DNA from: a virus
Lineage: Duplodnaviria; Caudoviricetes
Reading direction: 5' to 3' (one strand)
Virus record (IMG/VR): IMGVR_UViG_3300009092_000002
Span: 12,504 to 76,503 of that record
Length of the DNA: 64,000 nt
The position numbers and the translations under genes were made by a program. Below, in pieces: positions 62,451-64,000 of this stretch; the stretch's first letter is position 1, and each line of letters begins with the position of its first letter. The notes below the pieces were generated by a model. That model saw nothing but the letters and a program-made list of their open reading frames with translations. It ran no database searches and was not told where the DNA came from.

Positions 62451-62629
62451 GCCGTCCTCATCTCGACCACGACCCCCACCTGAAACTTAACCTCCGACAC
62501 CGGATCGTTCCGCAGTACATTGATCCCCGTGACAACCATGCTCGTGTTCTTTTCGTAGAACTCGATCGCTGCCCTGATCATGTTCTCCAGCGTCTTGTGA
62601 TGGTCGGGGGTGGGGGTCACTTGGCGCAC
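62447..62629 (-). CDS. Hypothetical protein
   Basis: Overlap coupling. Confidence 0.45.
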   Translation of the reverse strand: MRQVTPTPDHHKTLENMIRAAIEFYEKNTSMVVTGINVLRNDPVSEVKFQVGVVVEMRTA

Positions 62630-62877
62630 CTCTTAGAGCAATACAGATCAACGTTATCGCCATTGATCTGAACGATAAACCGAGCCTCCCTAGCTATATC
62701 TGCCACTGTCTGCGCAGCCAATTTCGCGGGATCAGCGCCACACAATGAGACTTGAGCTTTCTTTTCCCGACCGCACATCGCACAAGAAAGAATTACTTCC
62801 ATGCTCATTCTTCTTCTCCCAACCCGAGCGGCTCCCCATCGCCATTGGCCATCGCTATCAGACAGGCGATCGAACAC
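62617..62877 (-). CDS. Small Cys-rich protein (start probably internal)
   Basis: CAMCG...YCSKRC. Confidence 0.45.
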   Translation of the reverse strand: MFDRLSDSDGQWRWGAARVGRRRMSMEVILSCAMCGREKKAQVSLCGADPAKLAAQTVADIAREARFIVQINGDNVDLYCSKRCAK

Positions 62878-62992
62878 CGATACTCATCAGCCACGAGCGC
62901 CAGAGAGTCGAGGTCGTCCACAGTGCGGATGTTGAACCGGCCACCCAGGGTCACCGTCGCGCGGGATGCGATTACTAGGGCTAGGGGGTTGG

Positions 62993-63622
62993 TCACGCGA
63001 TCTCCGCGAGCCTTTTCATGTCAGCCAGGGCAGTATCGTTGTCATCGTAAAAACGCGCCGGGTTGATCGGGTAACCGCTCTCACGATAAATCAGCATCGC
63101 CGCTAATTCACTATTAAAGTAAGCTTCCAGTTCGCGGCCAGCTTGACCTGCAAGTGTGATCGCCCATCCTGCCCTGCAATGGGTCTTCTCGCATGTATGA
63201 AAGGCGCCCATTTCCAGAGATCCAGGCTGAGACGCGGCGGCGTAGATCGCTTTATGGATATCCGGAATAGCGGGAATCGCGCGCTTGGATGGCGGTTCGG
63301 TCGATGGCGCTGGCTTGTGGTTAATCAAGTCCGAGCAGTCCGAGCAGTCCGAGCAGCCCGAGCAGTCCGAGCAGCCCGAGCAGCCCGAGCAGCCCGAGCA
63401 GCCCGAGCAGCGCGAGCAGTCCGAGCAGTCCGAGCAGCCCGAGCAGCCCGAGCAGCGCGAGCAGCCCGAGCAGCCCGAGCAGCCCGAGCAGCCCGAGCAG
63501 CCCGAGCAATTGATACAGTTGTCGCAATTCTTCAGGCTATCGAGCGCCTTTTGCGCTGCTACCTCCGTACCGAAATACTCAACTGAGCACTTATTTCCGT
63601 TTGCATCCGTTAGCCAAGTCAT
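62993..63622 (-). CDS. Protein with (CSx)20 repeat and conserved C-terminal H.C...HCRAGW domain
   Basis: GGAG RBS before ATG 63622; C-terminal LEM..FHTCE.THCRAGWA. Confidence 0.75.
   Translation of the reverse strand: MTWLTDANGNKCSVEYFGTEVAAQKALDSLKNCDNCINCSGCSGCSGCSGCSGCSRCSGCSGCSDCSDCSRCSGCSGCSGCSGCSDCSGCSDCSDCSDLINHKPAPSTEPPSKRAIPAIPDIHKAIYAAASQPGSLEMGAFHTCEKTHCRAGWAITLAGQAGRELEAYFNSELAAMLIYRESGYPINPARFYDDNDTALADMKRLAEIA
63329..63508 (-). repeat. 20 x 9-bp tandem repeat (TGCTCGGGC/GAC/CGC)
   Basis: Direct count; encodes CSG/CSD/CSR. Confidence 0.95.
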
Positions 63623-63755
63623 AGCTCTTCTCCAAACACGCGCCACTCATGCCGATGCTTCAGTTCCCCACTTGACTGGTAGCTCTCGATAAACCGCACC
63701 GCCGCGAGCGCACAGTAGCAGATGAACCAGCCGGCGATGAGGAGGGCTAGGGTGG

Positions 63756-63980
63756 TCATGGCTTTACCGCTGAGCTGCGACATTCAAACTGTCCCCAACC
63801 GTTCTCGGCCGGGATGCCGCCTTTGTCTGTGCACGCCTTGTATTGCAAAAGCTTTCGCTCATTGAATCCGCGCTGCGCTTCTACCGCATCGGCGCACCCC
63901 ACCAGGATCGCCACCAGCAACACGAACCAGGCACGAGTCACGCCTTCACCTCCACCGCCCGCCGTTCCTCTTCCACCCAA
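63756..63980 (-). CDS. Small lipoprotein-like protein (start uncertain)
   Basis: Lipobox-like LVGC after a hydrophobic stretch. Confidence 0.45.
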   Translation of the reverse strand: MGGRGTAGGGGEGVTRAWFVLLVAILVGCADAVEAQRGFNERKLLQYKACTDKGGIPAENGWGQFECRSSAVKP

Positions 63981-64000
63981 TGCCGCAGCGTCGGGTACTC

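Larger units (their letters stand above)
1..64000. mobile_element. Temperate dsDNA tailed phage, probably short-tailed; apparently the excised form, since attP is intact and internal
   Basis: TerL-portal-scaffold-capsid-tail-ejection gene order, tyrosine integrase next to a tRNA 3'-half att core, phage replication genes, no host housekeeping genes; no tape-measure or sheath gene seen. Confidence 0.93.

Noticed and set aside
63143-63692. Alternative-frame ORFs (RAARAA, EQPEQP, LGLLGL repeats)
   Set aside because: By-products of the 9-bp repeat; only the CSx frame has an RBS and conserved flanking domains
1-64000. Diversity-generating retroelement, retron or group II intron
   Set aside because: No reverse-transcriptase motif seen in any ORF; the tail-fibre duplication is in-frame and tandem, not a TR/VR pair
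1-64000. Self-targets of the NN codes within this window
   Set aside because: Only a few by-eye skip-1 pattern checks were possible and gave at most 4 consecutive dinucleotide matches; not evidence either way without a computed search
1-64000. Endolysin/holin/spanin cassette and CI/Cro switch
   Set aside because: No recognisable lysozyme, amidase or peptidoglycan-peptidase motif, nor an XRE HTH with peptidase; may lie outside the window

Overview
The whole 64 kb window is a temperate, probably podovirus-like, tailed-phage genome. No host genes, rRNA or complete tRNA are visible. 1-32.6 kb is the minus-strand morphogenesis module: TerL, portal, scaffold, major capsid, HNH, adaptor, nozzle, tail fibres, three ejection-type proteins (one with ParB-like and LPD38-like domains) and several large beta-rich proteins that unexpectedly carry signal peptides. 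A plus-strand RHH + secreted-protein moron interrupts it. 32.6-36.5 kb holds an inverted accessory cassette, a small serine resolvase and a probable TerS. 36.5-36.9 kb is an AT-rich origin-like region with iterons and a consensus sigma70 promoter driving a plus-strand early operon (36.9-40.6 kb). 40.5-64 kb is the minus-strand replication, recombination and lysogeny arm: D5/P4 helicase, nucleotidyltransferase, CHC2 zinc finger, adenine MTase, RuvC-like protein, attP (3' half of tRNA-Lys), tyrosine integrase, dCMP deaminase, M10 peptidase, SMC-like ATPase, gp3-like protein and DEDDh exonuclease. The standout feature is at 54.6-56.5 kb: a stand-alone Cas7/RAMP-like gene surrounded by six non-coding arrays in strict 5-nt register (semi-conserved GGY-like triplet + variable dinucleotide), with linkers and hairpin leaders. 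This looks like a phage RNA-guided system with a non-contiguous code (VIPR-like). The host is probably Acidobacteriota (weak inference). All annotations come from motif recognition by eye; no database searches were run.
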